NCBI GenBank assembly: GCA_026025075.1
Contig: JAPEUI010000002.1
Coordinates: 62,001 to 126,000 of the forward strand
Reading direction: 5' to 3'
Origin: Vezdaea acicularis
Taxonomy: Eukaryota
Length of the DNA stretch: 64,000 nucleotides
The notes below the pieces were generated by a model. The model did not search any database. It worked only from the letters and a program-made list of their open reading frames with translations, and had not been told where the DNA came from. The translations under genes were made by a program, and so were the position numbers. Below are positions 35,864 to 48,588 of the stretch, piece by piece (position 1 is the first letter of the stretch; each line of letters opens with the position of its first letter).

Positions 35864-38618
35864 ATGGGTCGTTTTCGGAGATTCAAGCCAAGTTTGCCAA
35901 CGTTGGGTCAGGTTCGGGATCGTAGCTTTCTACTCGCCGTATGCGGCGTTATAGTGGCAGTGGTCTATCGCTATTGTTGGCTAGGTGAGACCATCCATTG
36001 ATTTTTCGTCATAGGGTCCTGCTAAATCTACTACATTCTAGACGCAAGAGACCCATTCAAATGCGATGCCCTCGTCAACAAAGGCCATTGGCTCGATGCT
36101 CCTAGGCTGCCACTCACGAAAAGAGAGTTTCAGATATGGGAACCGCCAGGGTGCATGCTGCATGAATACAAGCTGAAGGACCTCGCCTCATGTTTCGAGC
36201 ATAAAAGAGTAGTATTTATCGGCGACTCGACAGTACGACAGGTTTACTGGGCGACTGCACGGAAGCTCGACTCAAGTGCTGCCGAGGATGAGAAGTTGGT
36301 AGCTGAGAAGCACACAGATCTCAATTTCACTCGCAATGGCGTTACAGCTGAGTTCATTTGGGACCCTTTCCTGAACTCATCGAGGCTCCAGCACGAATTG
36401 ATTGCGTACCGAGATAACCCTGTTGCTACTCCCCAAGGCGATGGAAAGCAGAGGCAAAGTGCAGCCCTCATCCTGATAGGTGCGGGCCTCTGGTTTGCGA
36501 GGCATATATCAACGAATCCAGTCAAGCGCTTCAAAGACAGTATTGATGATATTGTTCCATACATGAACTCGCCTTCACATTCTCATCTTTCAGCCGATCA
36601 ATCCTTCTTGGGTGATAGGCCAACTTCAAACTTTCTCCTTTTTGCCCCGGTGCAAGCTCCCGCTTATGATCTACTCTCACCAGCTAGAGCGGAGACAATC
36701 ACCCCTGACAAGATCAACCTTATGAATGACTATCTTCAACAGCTTTCCGCATTTCAGGGCGTGGACGTCCTTTGGAGCTATTCCTTAATGATATACAAGA
36801 GAAGAGCTGCGTATGAGGAGAGTGGGATGCATGTGGTTGACAGTGTGGCGAATAGAAGAGCAGATATTATTTTCAACCTCAGGTGCAATGCCGACGCTGC
36901 GCGGCCCCATGGCCCTGGCTATCCTTTCGATCGTACATGTTGTAGTAACTATGGGCGGCCTGGCTGGATCCAATGGTTAGGATTATTGTCAGGCCTCGTA
37001 GCTCTCCCAACAGCCACGTGGCTAGCATCCCGAGGTACGTCAGATTATAGAATCTCTTAAACTTCGAACTGACCTAGCGCTGTGTAGCACACAAGCGATA
37101 TCGAAGCCTTCCGTCTCCAAAAGTTCTTCGTGCGATGCTAGTGATTGCCCTTGCAATATGCTTGTGCTTCTATGCCGACCGCACTCAGATCTTCAATAAA
37201 GTTCCAAAACAATTTGTACTTAAGCATTTCGCTGCAATGTGTGGATCCGTCTTTCTTCTCGGAATCATCTCCATTCGACGATCTACGACTAGATACTCAA
37301 CCACACCCTCAACTGTAGCAGATCAGCCTTTCCTATCAAGAGATCAGACTGATGAGTGGAAAGGATGGATGCAGTTCTTTATCCTTATCTACCACTACAC
37401 TGGGGGATCAAAGATCCTCTGGATATACGAGATCGTGCGAGTACTAGTAGCATCCTATCTGTTTATGACAGGATTTGGTCACACGATCTACTTCTACAAG
37501 AAGAATGACTACTCTCTTAAGCGTGTGGCAAGTGTACTTGTCCGCCTTAACCTTCTCTCATGTGCTCTGCCATACATGATGAGAACAGATTACATGTTCT
37601 ACTACTTTGCGCCACTCGTCAGCTTTTGGTTCGTCGTCATTTACCTCACCATGGCTATATATCACAACAAGAACGACAATTTAGCCTTTCTACTAGGCAA
37701 GATATTGGCTTCTGCGGCAACAGTAACTACGATCAACTTGACACCTGGTATTTTAGAGATATTGTTCTGGATCTTGAGATATACCTGTCGTATAAAATGG
37801 AATCTCGACGAGTGGCGCTTCCGGGTTGCACTCGATGGGTATATTGTCTATTTCGGAATGATCGTGGCGATACTGTTCACCAATCTAGCCGAGCGAGGAA
37901 AATTACGATCAGCCATTCCCGAACAATGGTTCCGATTGGGCCGTATTCTCACAATTTTGGCCTCCGTCATTGTCATCCCCGGATGGTGGGACCTTACCCG
38001 GCGCTCTCCCGACAAGTTCGACTACAACTGGTGGCAGCCCTGGATCTCCTTCCTTCCTATCGTATCGTTTGTTGTTCTCCGTAATTCACACCGTATCCTT
38101 CGAAACTACTATTCGACTGTCTACGCATGGCTTGGAGGCTGTTCTTTAGAAACTTTCACACTACAATTCCATATTTGGCTCGCAGGCGATACCAAAGGCC
38201 TCCTTGCGCTTGGGCTTTTTAACCGGCGTGGCGTGTATCACGATGGAAGACTAATTGATTTCTTAATCATCACCCCGATCTTTTTATGGGTCAGCTGGTG
38301 CGTTGCAAAGGCAATAGACGTCCTTACAAAGTGGATAGTAAATGGCCCTGAGAAGGACCTTCCGCCACTCAACGGACGTTTGCGGAAAGACTCCGATGAT
38401 ACCCCTCTGTCTAAGAGCCACCCAGACGTTGTTAGAATGAGTGGTGAGCCTCGCATCGGCCGACGGAAGATCCTTTCTGCGCTCTGGAAAGATCGGCTTG
38501 AGTTCCGGTTAGGGGTTTTGCTGGTGGGGATGTGGTTTTTAAACGTGGTACGTTCTCCCTCAACGGGCCCAAACTGATAATTCCGCTAATAAAGCCTCTA
38601 ATGCAGACATTTTCTTGA
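35864..38618 (+). CDS. Cas1p/CASD1-family polysaccharide O-acetyltransferase, 4 exons
   Basis: N-terminal TM; SGNH-like FIGDS...GMH; multi-TM domain with LSRDQTDEWKGWMQ, YHY, YLFMTGFGH, YYFAPL and LETFTLQFHIWL motifs. Confidence 0.93.
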
Positions 38619-39837
38619 CGCTCGTTGTTTAAATATGCTTCATCATATCTCCGGTCCCCTTTGCATGGCGTGCGCGGGTCATATTAGCTGTTGCATTTGT
38701 CTACAGAGATACCCCACAGTTACTTTCAGCGGGGTTGGCTTTGCTTGTTTGCATATACTGCTGGGGTATGACACTCTATGAAATGAAGTAATGACGGGTG
38801 CTTAAACCGAAGTGGGATACGCAGGTCTTTTGTAATATTGATCTCTAGGCCTAGGTCAATAGGTTATATATGTGTGCATAGGTGGCTCGTTTGGCTCGGC
38901 AATAAAATCGAATTACTGCGTGCATGATGCTATCGATGCGTTTAGCGCTTCCAGTGCCCTATAACACTCCGAGAATTTCAATCGTCTGATGTAGTACTAC
39001 TTGCTCAAACTCTCGGACAAAACCCCTGAAAGCCATGACAGGTCGTTCGCTGAAAATAGAAGACATCTAGACCGACGACTCCTACCTCTTACTAGAGACC
39101 TCTGGAAAACACTAGATTCGCAGTTGACGTGGTAGCGGAAAAGACCTCATACAGTGTGTCAAAATCTAGAGAGTCGGCTAAATGCTCCTCGGTACTGCCA
39201 ATGATAGTTTGGAGGAAGTAACACCTGGGCGTGTGGCGCTTAGAAATATAGTTGAAAGCGAAGAAGTCGTTATCTGGGAAGATGTAAAAGCCACAAGTTT
39301 CTCGCCCCTTTTCTCTTATTACCACGTTCCACCCCAAACTCATCCTTTTTCCATCGTCTTCACTGATGCTCCTCACCAATTGGGCCACAGCTGGTTCTAT
39401 GAAGCTTCTGCTGTCGATGAGACTTTTCGAGATAGCCATCACTCTTTTCCCTTTATGTCTTTCTTCGTGCCCCACATCATCAAATGCGTCTAGGGAGGGG
39501 ATTATCTAGAACGTTGGGTTGGCCCTATGCACCTATTTATGGCCGAACAAATTCATATGGACGTTAGCGGTCTCAATAAATGATTCGATGACGTTCAGGT
39601 GGCGCTATTCCAATCCAGAGTTGCAACAGTAGACCGTGCGCGCATAGGTACTGGCGAGGTATCGGAGGTGAAGGCACCAGCTCATCAGGTCGGTTTCTAG
39701 AGAGAACATGTGGGTCACCAACTTGGTCGCTCTCGGAGTTGATGGGCCCGTAAATTCAAGGGCTTCGCCAGCGCTAAGATGCCAGGATATCTACTATACA
39801 TATGGTTTTGCCATCACAGAGGCTTGCGCGCCAGAAA

Positions 39838-42229
39838 TCAATCCGAGTCGGTGTCAGTATCAGTATCCGTGTCCGTGTCTTCCCCCTCCTCACCCTCGGT
39901 ATCACTCTCGTCGTCACTTGACTCATCTTCATTCGGCTTCTTCCTCCGCTTTGGCGGTGCCGCCACACCTGCCAATCCTCCAGACTTAAGCGCACTCATT
40001 TGACCTGCTATAGAATCTGTGCCACTGTCAGCCTAAGGTTCACTCAGCTGTGGGCAAAGGGAAAGGTGCGGCATACCTTCGTCCGGCTCAGAAATCTCAT
40101 CGTCCCCAATTATCTCCTCCGCTTTAGCCATCTCCTCCACCACAAGCTTGACCTCCCTCTTGGCGTCAAGCCCCACGTAGCTATCACAAATGAGATGCAT
40201 AACAAACGTATACTGCCCTGCCTGTGGCGGTGCCTGGAATTGCATCTTGAAAGTGTGCACATTGAAGGTCGGCTTGCCCTCGGCGTCCACTAAAGGCTTC
40301 TCAAATGTTGTGAATTGGAATGGTGGGACTACCATTTTGCCTTGTTTACTATCGGCCAGGAAGACATGCCACCTAGGCGAGTGGTCCCGTGCGAAATAGG
40401 GGGCGTACGCAAGGGCAGGCTGAATAGTCTTTTCTTCCGTATTGGCAGCCACTTTGGCGTTGCCATCTGATGTTTTGGACTTCTTAGGCTTGCGGCCCAG
40501 TAAAGCGTCAAGGTCACCCTCAACAGGATCAACATCCTCGAGGTCAAGCTCATTGATCTCGGGAACAGTAGTGGTACCTGGAGGGATCAATCGTGTCTTA
40601 ACGACGAACGAGACGAGACTGCCGGGCGTGATGTAACGCTCGCCAGTTACTTTGAAGAAAGCCTTTTCAACATTGAGGACCGGAATCTGCCTAGCAACAG
40701 ATACCGCTGTCTCGTATTGGCTTTTAGTTAGACCAGCGCTCATTGCAACTCGTTTGCGCTTCTCTTCACTGATAAGCATGAAGTCTTGGACATTTAGACG
40801 AGTCTTGCTTCCTGATCCTTCAATAGCATGGGCAACTGCGGGAGTTATATAAGGCAATTGAAGGAGGGGTGATGCGTTTGGTGGGATAGCTTGTATTATC
40901 TTTTGAGCCATTTTGTATGCATTGAGAATTGGTTTAGTATTTCCAAATGCTAAAGCAATTGCAAGAAAGGATTCGTTTAGCTGAAGAGCAATTGGTGCTA
41001 TTTCAAATTTCTCTGTAGACTCGTAAGCATCTAGAAAACAACGAGAGTAGTGTCACTCTTACCGTCATTGAGAGCGGCCTGTTCCAGATCCAATCGTCCC
41101 AGGTAGGCCCACAAAAGGCCAAGTGTCTTTCTCCGAACTCCTCCATCAAGCTTTTCAAGATCCGCTTTGTCCCTCGAAGTGAGTCCCGCAGCAGTCGGCG
41201 CAAATGTACTATCCGCCAAGATTTTCCGTTCTATCGTTCCCGTCCCTAATTCTGCCTTTTCTCCATTTAAGACTTCCTTGAACTCTTCTCCGCAGCTTAA
41301 TGCGCCTATTATACCCCCTTCCGTAATATCCTCTTTATACTCCCGGAAAAGATTCCCAGCACTAGCAATAAGTACTCTTTCCCTCGTCATTTTCTGGGTT
41401 CCGTACCACCACTTGCCTACAATATAGGGAAGAAGGACCCCAAGCAAGAGGCCATAAATAAGGAGTACATATTTTCCATTCCCATCTGTGATGATGAATT
41501 TAGGTAGCGCAATTCCAATACTAAAGCTCTGCTTGCCGTCCGGATGGCCAAATTGGACAAAGTTATTTCTGACTTCTTCATCTGTCAAGGCCTTATACGC
41601 TTTGGTGAGTTCGACGAAGTGGTTGTTCAGATCTTCAAGGGTTTCGTTCTTCGCTGGATTGGGCTTAATTTTGTCCGGGTGGAACTTGAGGGAAAGCTTT
41701 TTGTAATGCGACTTAATCGCCTTCTCGTCAAGAGACTAAAAGTGGGGTATGTGAGCTATACTTCTGATTGTTAGATAAAGCAATCCTTACCCTCGATATC
41801 CCAAGGATATCATATGGATCCCAGATCTTCGGTATCGTCTTTGCCGTTACGGCGATCAAGTAGCACATAAATGCCATCGTAAGCCAACCCACCACTACGG
41901 CGAGTATCCGCTTCAGCCTTCGCTCTCGCCGTCTCTGCTTCGCCTTCTGTCCGTTGATGAGGTCCGCATGCTTGGGTACGAACTCGTTCTGTATCCGCGG
42001 AGCTGTGTTCTCGAGCTCTGTCCGCTGTTAATGTTTGTCCTGGTGTACGGAAGGGGCATCCTTGCCTTTGCTAGGTCTCAGGAGAGTATAGGTAAGAGGG
42101 ACGGTCACAAGGCCAGTAATTGTAAGGATGAAGTAAGGAAAAAACTGGCCCTATTTCTTCGTTAATTGCATTCTACAATCTCGGACCCTAGATACTCGCC
42201 TGCTCATCATAGTTATATTCCGTCGACAT
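39838..42229 (-). CDS. SEC63: Translocon subunit Sec63, 5 exons
   Basis: YNYDEQ|GQFFPYF; J domain WDPYDILG...FHPDK; FGHPDG; Brl domain; F(Q)APPQAGQYTF; acidic C-terminal tail. Confidence 0.96.
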
Positions 42230-42801
42230 CTTCTTGGCGGCAGGCGGAGGGCCAGCGAAGCTACTCAAGCAGATTCACGCTGCATGCCAAGGCTATTGGG
42301 GCGCTATCAGGTGAAAACAATCCGCGGGGCCGATGAGCAGCCTGAAGATTATAAGCGCAGTGACTAATGCCCTTAGAGATAATCTAATGTCTTACGTCGC
42401 GGCAGAAAAGGGAGGCGAGTCTTTGTGTGGAAAGTCACCTTTTCAAAGGCCGGTGGATCTAACGAGAGGCCACTTCGCGAATTTCATGCCTGACAGGGGT
42501 TGGATTGCGCACTGAGGCTCCTAAGGTTATGTATGCCAAGACTGCCACCTTGTCGGAAATTGATCACTGTATAAGGACTGAAAGTCGTTGGTCTTTCTTT
42601 GTGCATTTCAGAGTATGTTAGAGTATCATAGAAACTCATGGCTAGCCCGAGCCATCCACGTTCTCAATGGATTTCGTCAGTGTTGTCATGTTCCAAAGGT
42701 ACATGGGCTGCACAGCACGTATCATACGCGTAACAACGGGAGATATGCATGCTTGACTTTCATAATAAGAATTTCTAGAGTTCTGATATACGTCAAAAAT
42801 C

Positions 42802-44139
42802 TCATTTTAGTGCTGAAGCTGCACTCTCTTTAACATTTCCTTCTCTCAGACTGCTAAGCTGAGGTGTCCCTTTCGATGGCGGACTCGAGAACTTCGTCTC
42901 TACGAAAGTCTTTAAGATTCCAAACTCCTTCTTATCGAACGCAGCATATAGCTCACTGAATTCGTCAATCTTGAATCGATGACTCAAAATGATAGTTGGG
43001 TCAAATTCGCCACTTTCAATTTTCTTGAGTAAATCTTTCCAGTATTTCTGTACTGGTGCTTGCCCGGTGCCCCTTAGAGTGATACCCTTCTCCATCAGCG
43101 CCCCAATGAGGAACTGATTGGTCAAAGCAGCGTAATCCGCGACAAGAGAAATCGAGCCAAATTTGCGCACGGCACGGAGAGCTTCGTTAACGATTTCAGA
43201 AGAGTCAGTCTCGAGACCGATAGCTCGCTGGACAGTGTGTACAATCCCCTTCGTGTAACGGAACGCGGCGGCATCAATACAACAGTCGACGCCCTCTGGT
43301 TCCAATTCGTAAATAGCTTTGACGACATCTTTCTGCTCATCGAAGTTGATTAGATCGCACCCAAGCTTCTTTGCAAGCGTGAGACGCGCAGGCACATTGT
43401 CGATTGCAATGACGCGCCGTGCCCCTTTCAAAATCGACCATTGGCAGGCATAGAGCCCTACAGGGCCCAAGCCCCATATGGCGACGCTCTTGCCTTTGCT
43501 TACGTCGGCGCACTCTGTAGAATGGTAAGAGGTCGGGATAATATCGCTTAGGAAAAGAGCTTTTTCGTCAGGGACGGAGTCGGGTATTTTGAGCAGATTG
43601 GTGTCTCCGAAGGGGCAGCGGACATACTCGGCTTGGCCACCAGCATAGCCGCCCGCGAAGTGTGTATACCCGAACAGCCCGGCAAAGTTTTTGCCATAGA
43701 GCTTATCTTGAATCGCAGATGAATTGGTCCTGTCGCACATAGAAGAGAGACCTTGTTTGCAAAAGGAGCATTCGCCGCAAGCTATCTGGAAACTTGCAAC
43801 TACCCGATCGCCTTTTTTGATGGTCTTAACTTCGGGGCCGACTTCATCAACAATACCCATCCATTCATGGCCTAGAATATCTCCATCTTGGAGCTGGAGA
43901 ATCTCCCTATGGTACAGGTGAAGATCACTTCCGCATACCGTTGTACCCGTTACCTTGCAGACGACATCTTTAGGATCTGTAACCGTGGGTACTGGCACTT
44001 CTTCGACTCGGACGTTTTGCTTGCCGTGCCAGCGCAAAGCCTTCATAGTCTTATCTGAGTGAAGCTTAGGGTCATTGGTGGTAGCAGTGGGCAGGTCGCC
44101 CAATTGCTTCTCTACGGTGTTGGCTACTACTGTATTCAT
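42802..44139 (-). CDS. Zinc-dependent MDR dehydrogenase (FdhA/YbdR-like formaldehyde dehydrogenase family)
   Basis: CGSDLH, LGHE, CGECSFCKQGLSSMC, SDIIPT and GLGPVG motifs; intronless. Confidence 0.92.
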   Translation of the reverse strand: MNTVVANTVEKQLGDLPTATTNDPKLHSDKTMKALRWHGKQNVRVEEVPVPTVTDPKDVVCKVTGTTVCGSDLHLYHREILQLQDGDILGHEWMGIVDEVGPEVKTIKKGDRVVASFQIACGECSFCKQGLSSMCDRTNSSAIQDKLYGKNFAGLFGYTHFAGGYAGGQAEYVRCPFGDTNLLKIPDSVPDEKALFLSDIIPTSYHSTECADVSKGKSVAIWGLGPVGLYACQWSILKGARRVIAIDNVPARLTLAKKLGCDLINFDEQKDVVKAIYELEPEGVDCCIDAAAFRYTKGIVHTVQRAIGLETDSSEIVNEALRAVRKFGSISLVADYAALTNQFLIGALMEKGITLRGTGQAPVQKYWKDLLKKIESGEFDPTIILSHRFKIDEFSELYAAFDKKEFGILKTFVETKFSSPPSKGTPQLSSLREGNVKESAASALK

Positions 44140-44898
44140 GTTGAAAGAACTTTTGAAAAGAGACTAGAATAAAATCGCGCGACAGAGTCTTGCAGGAAAG
44201 CAATTAGAGAATGAAAGCGCTAGAGAGGAAAATATATAAAGTGGCGGAAGTCAAAAGAAGTCGGGTGTACGCGGGGCATCAGAACATCAATCAACGTCAT
44301 GATGAGATACCAAAGCCGAGGCATATGTCATAGCCTGTGGAGTCGCATCTTAACCGTATTGCAAGGGAAATAGTTTTCATGTTTCTCATAGGCTCATCAT
44401 GAATGAAAAGCTAGGCGAATATGCAGGGATCGAAGGTCGGAATCGAAGTCGATGTCATCCTGACATCTTTGCTGTCTAGATTTTTGATGTCGCCCTAATC
44501 CTGAGGTGGAAATCTATGTAGACTATATGTATCCTCTTTCAAAAGTATTTAGACATACATGATGGCATCCATTGAGTTTAATAGCATCTACGTTCCATAT
44601 CGATCTTAACGAGAGGTTTTGAAAGTTATTGACTGTGGCCAATCAGGATAAGCAAGCATTCTGGTTGCGTGGACCTCGGTAACTTTTCCCAGCCGCCTTT
44701 GGGTAAGAATTTCAAACTCTCCCAATATTATCTAAATGTATCTTAGTCTCGTCGTCTCGGAATCTGGTCTCAATCGCTGTATCCAGTCCTCGTAAAGGTT
44801 CAATCCGACAGAAAAAGCCCACATCAATTGCCCCTTCAATTCCACTAAGCTCCTCTCCTTTTCTCAAGTCGCGCATCCCGTTGATCCGTAATGTCACC

Positions 44899-46070
44899 AT
44901 GCGTGAATACCCCACACTTATAAAGCCACCTACCGCCGATGATGCACGATCGCCGATTGAGAATGTTCTTGACATAACGCCTCTGATAGATATCGGTCCT
45001 GTTAGTCTTCTGTTTCACCATACCCATCCTTAGAACTGACTAGTGACACCGAGTAGGATATCTTTACCAATACTCGAGCACTATGGCACCCGCCAGGGGC
45101 GCGCGGGCTCTATGGAGGTGCTATAATAGCACAGTGCTTGAGTTCTGCGCAAAACACCGTTTCTGAGAACTTTACAATACATTCTATGCACTGCTACTTC
45201 ATCTTGCCGGGTAACCCAGAGATTCCAATTCTCTACCACGTAGAGCGAGTGCGCGAAGGCAAAAGCTTTGCGACACGAAGCGTCCAAGCGCAGCAGCGTG
45301 GTAAATGTATCTTCAATACTATATTGAGCTTTGTGAGGGATGGCAGCGGAGGACAGAAACAGTTACGCCATGGCGTTAAGATGCCTGAAGTAGACTCAAT
45401 AGAAGACGTAGAAGATGAGATGGAAGGCGCTCGGAACATGGGCCCTTTCCAAAGCCGAAGAGTCAAATACTCAGATAGTATGTCTTGCGTTCTTGGCACT
45501 CTTGAGTTAGCAAAGCTTATACATTCGTAGATTCTTTGGAGCTCCATGAAAAGAGCTTGCGTCGCTGGATTAGGGCGCAAGGCAGGATCTCATCAAAGGG
45601 CGGCCACCAGGCTCATCTATCGGCATTGGCTTATATGACCGATAGCTTCTTTATTGGGACCGTAGCCAGAATACATGAAGTTGCTGGTTTTGTGCCCTCA
45701 GGTGAGCCTACTAATGGGGGCTACCCCTTGGCTGAAGGGTCTGGCCGTAACGTAGGTCACGAGCGCATTAACCTAACAGTGCGGAAGCCTGAAATGGGTA
45801 TGATGGTATCTTTGGATCATACAATATATTTTCACTCGCCTCGGAACTTCAGGGCTGATGAATGGATGCTCTCCGAGACTAAAAGTCCCTGGGCTGGTTG
45901 TGGAAGAGGCTTAGTCCTTCAGAACATATTTTCAAGGGATGGGAAGCTCATCGCAAGCTGTATCCAAGAGGTAATTTATCATTACTTAAAGTTTCGGAGA
46001 CATCTAACCTCAGGGATAGGGCCTTTTACGGCTAAAGCAAGACGAGCCCGATGCACAGAGTAAGCTTTGA
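44899..46070 (+). CDS. TES1: Peroxisomal acyl-CoA thioesterase II (TesB/Tes1), 4 exons
   Basis: GLYGGAIIAQ, HSMHCYF, REGKSFATR, AYMTD and MVSLDHTIYFH motifs; spliced C-terminus ...QE|GLLRLKQDEPDAQSKL* carries a PTS1 signal. Confidence 0.92.
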
Positions 46071-46472
46071 GTATCTAAGTAGCATTTGGAAAGGGCGTTT
46101 GCGTGACTAGGGCAGCGCCCTTAGAAATTGCAGCTTTGTAAACTCGTTGCGATTTGTATAGAAGGTCTTCACAGGGATGCTTGCTAGATCCCCGCATCGG
46201 ATAATGCCGATTACACTTCATCATATGTCGACGAAAGTGTTGTAATGGAAATGTGTGAATGAGCCTATAGATTTATGACTGCAGAATTGCGATTTATTGG
46301 GCCGCTACCTCAAGCTTCTCAGGGAATCAGTAAGTTATTCTATCTCACAAAACACGTTTGGTTGTGCGCTCCTGAGGAAACGCGGTTTTTGCACGGCCGC
46401 ATAAATACCTTTCCTAGTCATTCGCTTAACATAGGCAGGTAATTTTCCTTTTTTAAATACCCCGCCATCACG

Positions 46473-48411
46473 ATGCCTATGCTGAAGGACCCCTCAACGA
46501 AGTATCGACGCTTCCAACCACTCGATTTGCCAAACCGGCAATGGCCATCGAAGACTATAGACCGGCCTCCACGATGGCTAGCTACAGATCTTCGCGACGG
46601 AAATCAGAGTCTGGTGGATCCTATGGACGGGGAACAAAAATGGCAATACTTTCAGATGCTCGTTAAACTCGGATACAAAGAAATTGAAGTCTCATTCCCA
46701 TCGGCTTCCGACACAGACTTCGAGTTCACTCGTACATTAGTGGAAACACCTGGTGCAGTTCCTGATGATGTCTGGCTCCAGGTTTTGTCTCCATGTCGGG
46801 AAGACTTAATACGGCGAACAGTGGACTCATTGAAGGGCGCCAAGAAAGCTTTGCTACACCTGTACCTTGCCACAAGCGAATGTTTTCAGAGGATAGTCTT
46901 TGGGTTCACACAAGAGGAGAGTATCGAGCTAGCAGTCAAATGTGTGAAGTTCGCAAGATCAATAACGAAAGATGACCCGAGACAAAATGGGACGGAGTGG
47001 GCGTTCGAGTTTAGCCCAGAAACCTTCTCGGACACGGACCCAGCATTTGTCATTAGGATATGTGAAGCTGTCAAGGCGGCATGGGAACCTAGCAGGGAGA
47101 ACCCATTGATTTTCAACTTGCCAGCCACTGTCGAAATGTCGACGCCAAACGTATACGCGGACCAGATCGAATACTTCTGTAGCAATATGACCGAGCGAGA
47201 CAAAATTTGTGTCTCACTACACCCGCACAACGATCGAGGATGTGCCGTAGCGGCAGCCGAGCTAGCTCAGATGGCGGGCGCAGACCGAGTGGAAGGTTGT
47301 CTGTTTGGCAATGGAGAAAGAACCGGAAATGTAGACCTAGTCACGCTTGCCTTGAACCTCTACACTCAAGGAATTCACCCAAATATCGATTTCTCTGACC
47401 TCAAGAGCGTCATTGACGTTGTAGAGAAGAGCAACAAGATTCCCGTCCATCCTCGGGCGCCATATGGCGGGCAATTAGTTGTCTGCGCATTCAGTGGCTC
47501 CCACCAAGACGCTATCAAGAAGGGATTCCAAACCAGAAAGAACGAGGGCGCAACGTCAGCCTCGCCATGGCAGGTGCCTTATCTGCCTCTCGATCCAAAG
47601 GATATTGGCAGGACTTATGAGGCCATTATAAGAGTCAACTCGCAGAGCGGGAAAGGGGGCGCGGCTTGGATTATCTTGCGGAACCTTGAGCTTGACCTTC
47701 CAAGAGGCCTGCAGATTGCCTTCTCCAAAATTGTCCAGAAGAGAGCAGACGCGGTCGGTCGCGAGCTCAAATCACAGGAGATCTTACAACTCTTTGAAGA
47801 GAGCTACCACCTAAGCTCAAATCCAAGGTTCACCCTTGTCGATTACGAAATTACCGCAGATCGGTCTAGCTCTCCAGCTCCACCTGAGCCAGGCAAGAGC
47901 CAAAGTTCGAAATCTTTGAGAAGGCAGTTTGCTGGCATCATTGCAATAGATGGGATAGAACATAAAATACGGGGTTCAGGTAACGGGGCGATCTCATCAC
48001 TAGCGAATGCTCTACGTTCAGTTGGTGTAGATCTCGACGTTGCCGACTATAAAGAACATGCAATTGGTGAAGGTCGAGACGTTAAGGCTGCCACTTATAT
48101 TGAGTGTATTGCTGAGGGCTCAAAGCAGAAGGTGTGGGGTGTTGGTTTACATGAAGATGTCGTTCAAGCGTCCCTGACTGCACTTCTTTCAGCGGCTTCT
48201 TCTGTGAGACTTTCCACTCCACCCAAGCTCGATGCAATCGCTGACAGAATTGTAGTTTTTGTCCAGTAGATCTAATTCGCCAAGATCATATAAACCAAAG
48301 GGAAACAGGACGGAAAGTACAGGAAGTCTGACTGAATTTGTTATCAATGGACCGCCAAAAATTGGGCCAGACACCGTTAGTTTCTTGGAAGCAAAAGTAA
48401 ATGGTACTTGA
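46473..48411 (+). CDS. LEU4: 2-isopropylmalate synthase, 2 coding exons
   Basis: DLRDGNQ, HPHNDRG, GNGERTGN and RVNSQSGKGG motifs; regulatory domain; intron near 48204-48255. Confidence 0.96.
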
Positions 48412-48588
48412 AGGATCATCTTCGATATGAAGTATATAAAAGCTGGTACTAACCTTCGACGTTTTATATCTTCCAAGGAAGACAGACACAATGCTTAGAT
48501 CAATGAGATCATAATAAACCTTGCTTGATGGAATTCAACCTTTTTGCAAGCCATTTTTACTCGTTTCACAAGCGCAGAGTGCAACAAC

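Noticed and set aside
42802..44139. Horizontal transfer of the intronless, bacterial-like MDR dehydrogenase
   Set aside because: The family is widespread in fungi, composition matches neighbouring genes, and it cannot be supported without a phylogeny.
46186..46215. GGATAATGCC resembling the TPP riboswitch P5 loop
   Set aside because: No upstream GCTGAGA or CTTGAT core, no downstream GCG-AGG, and the adjacent genes are not thiamine-related.
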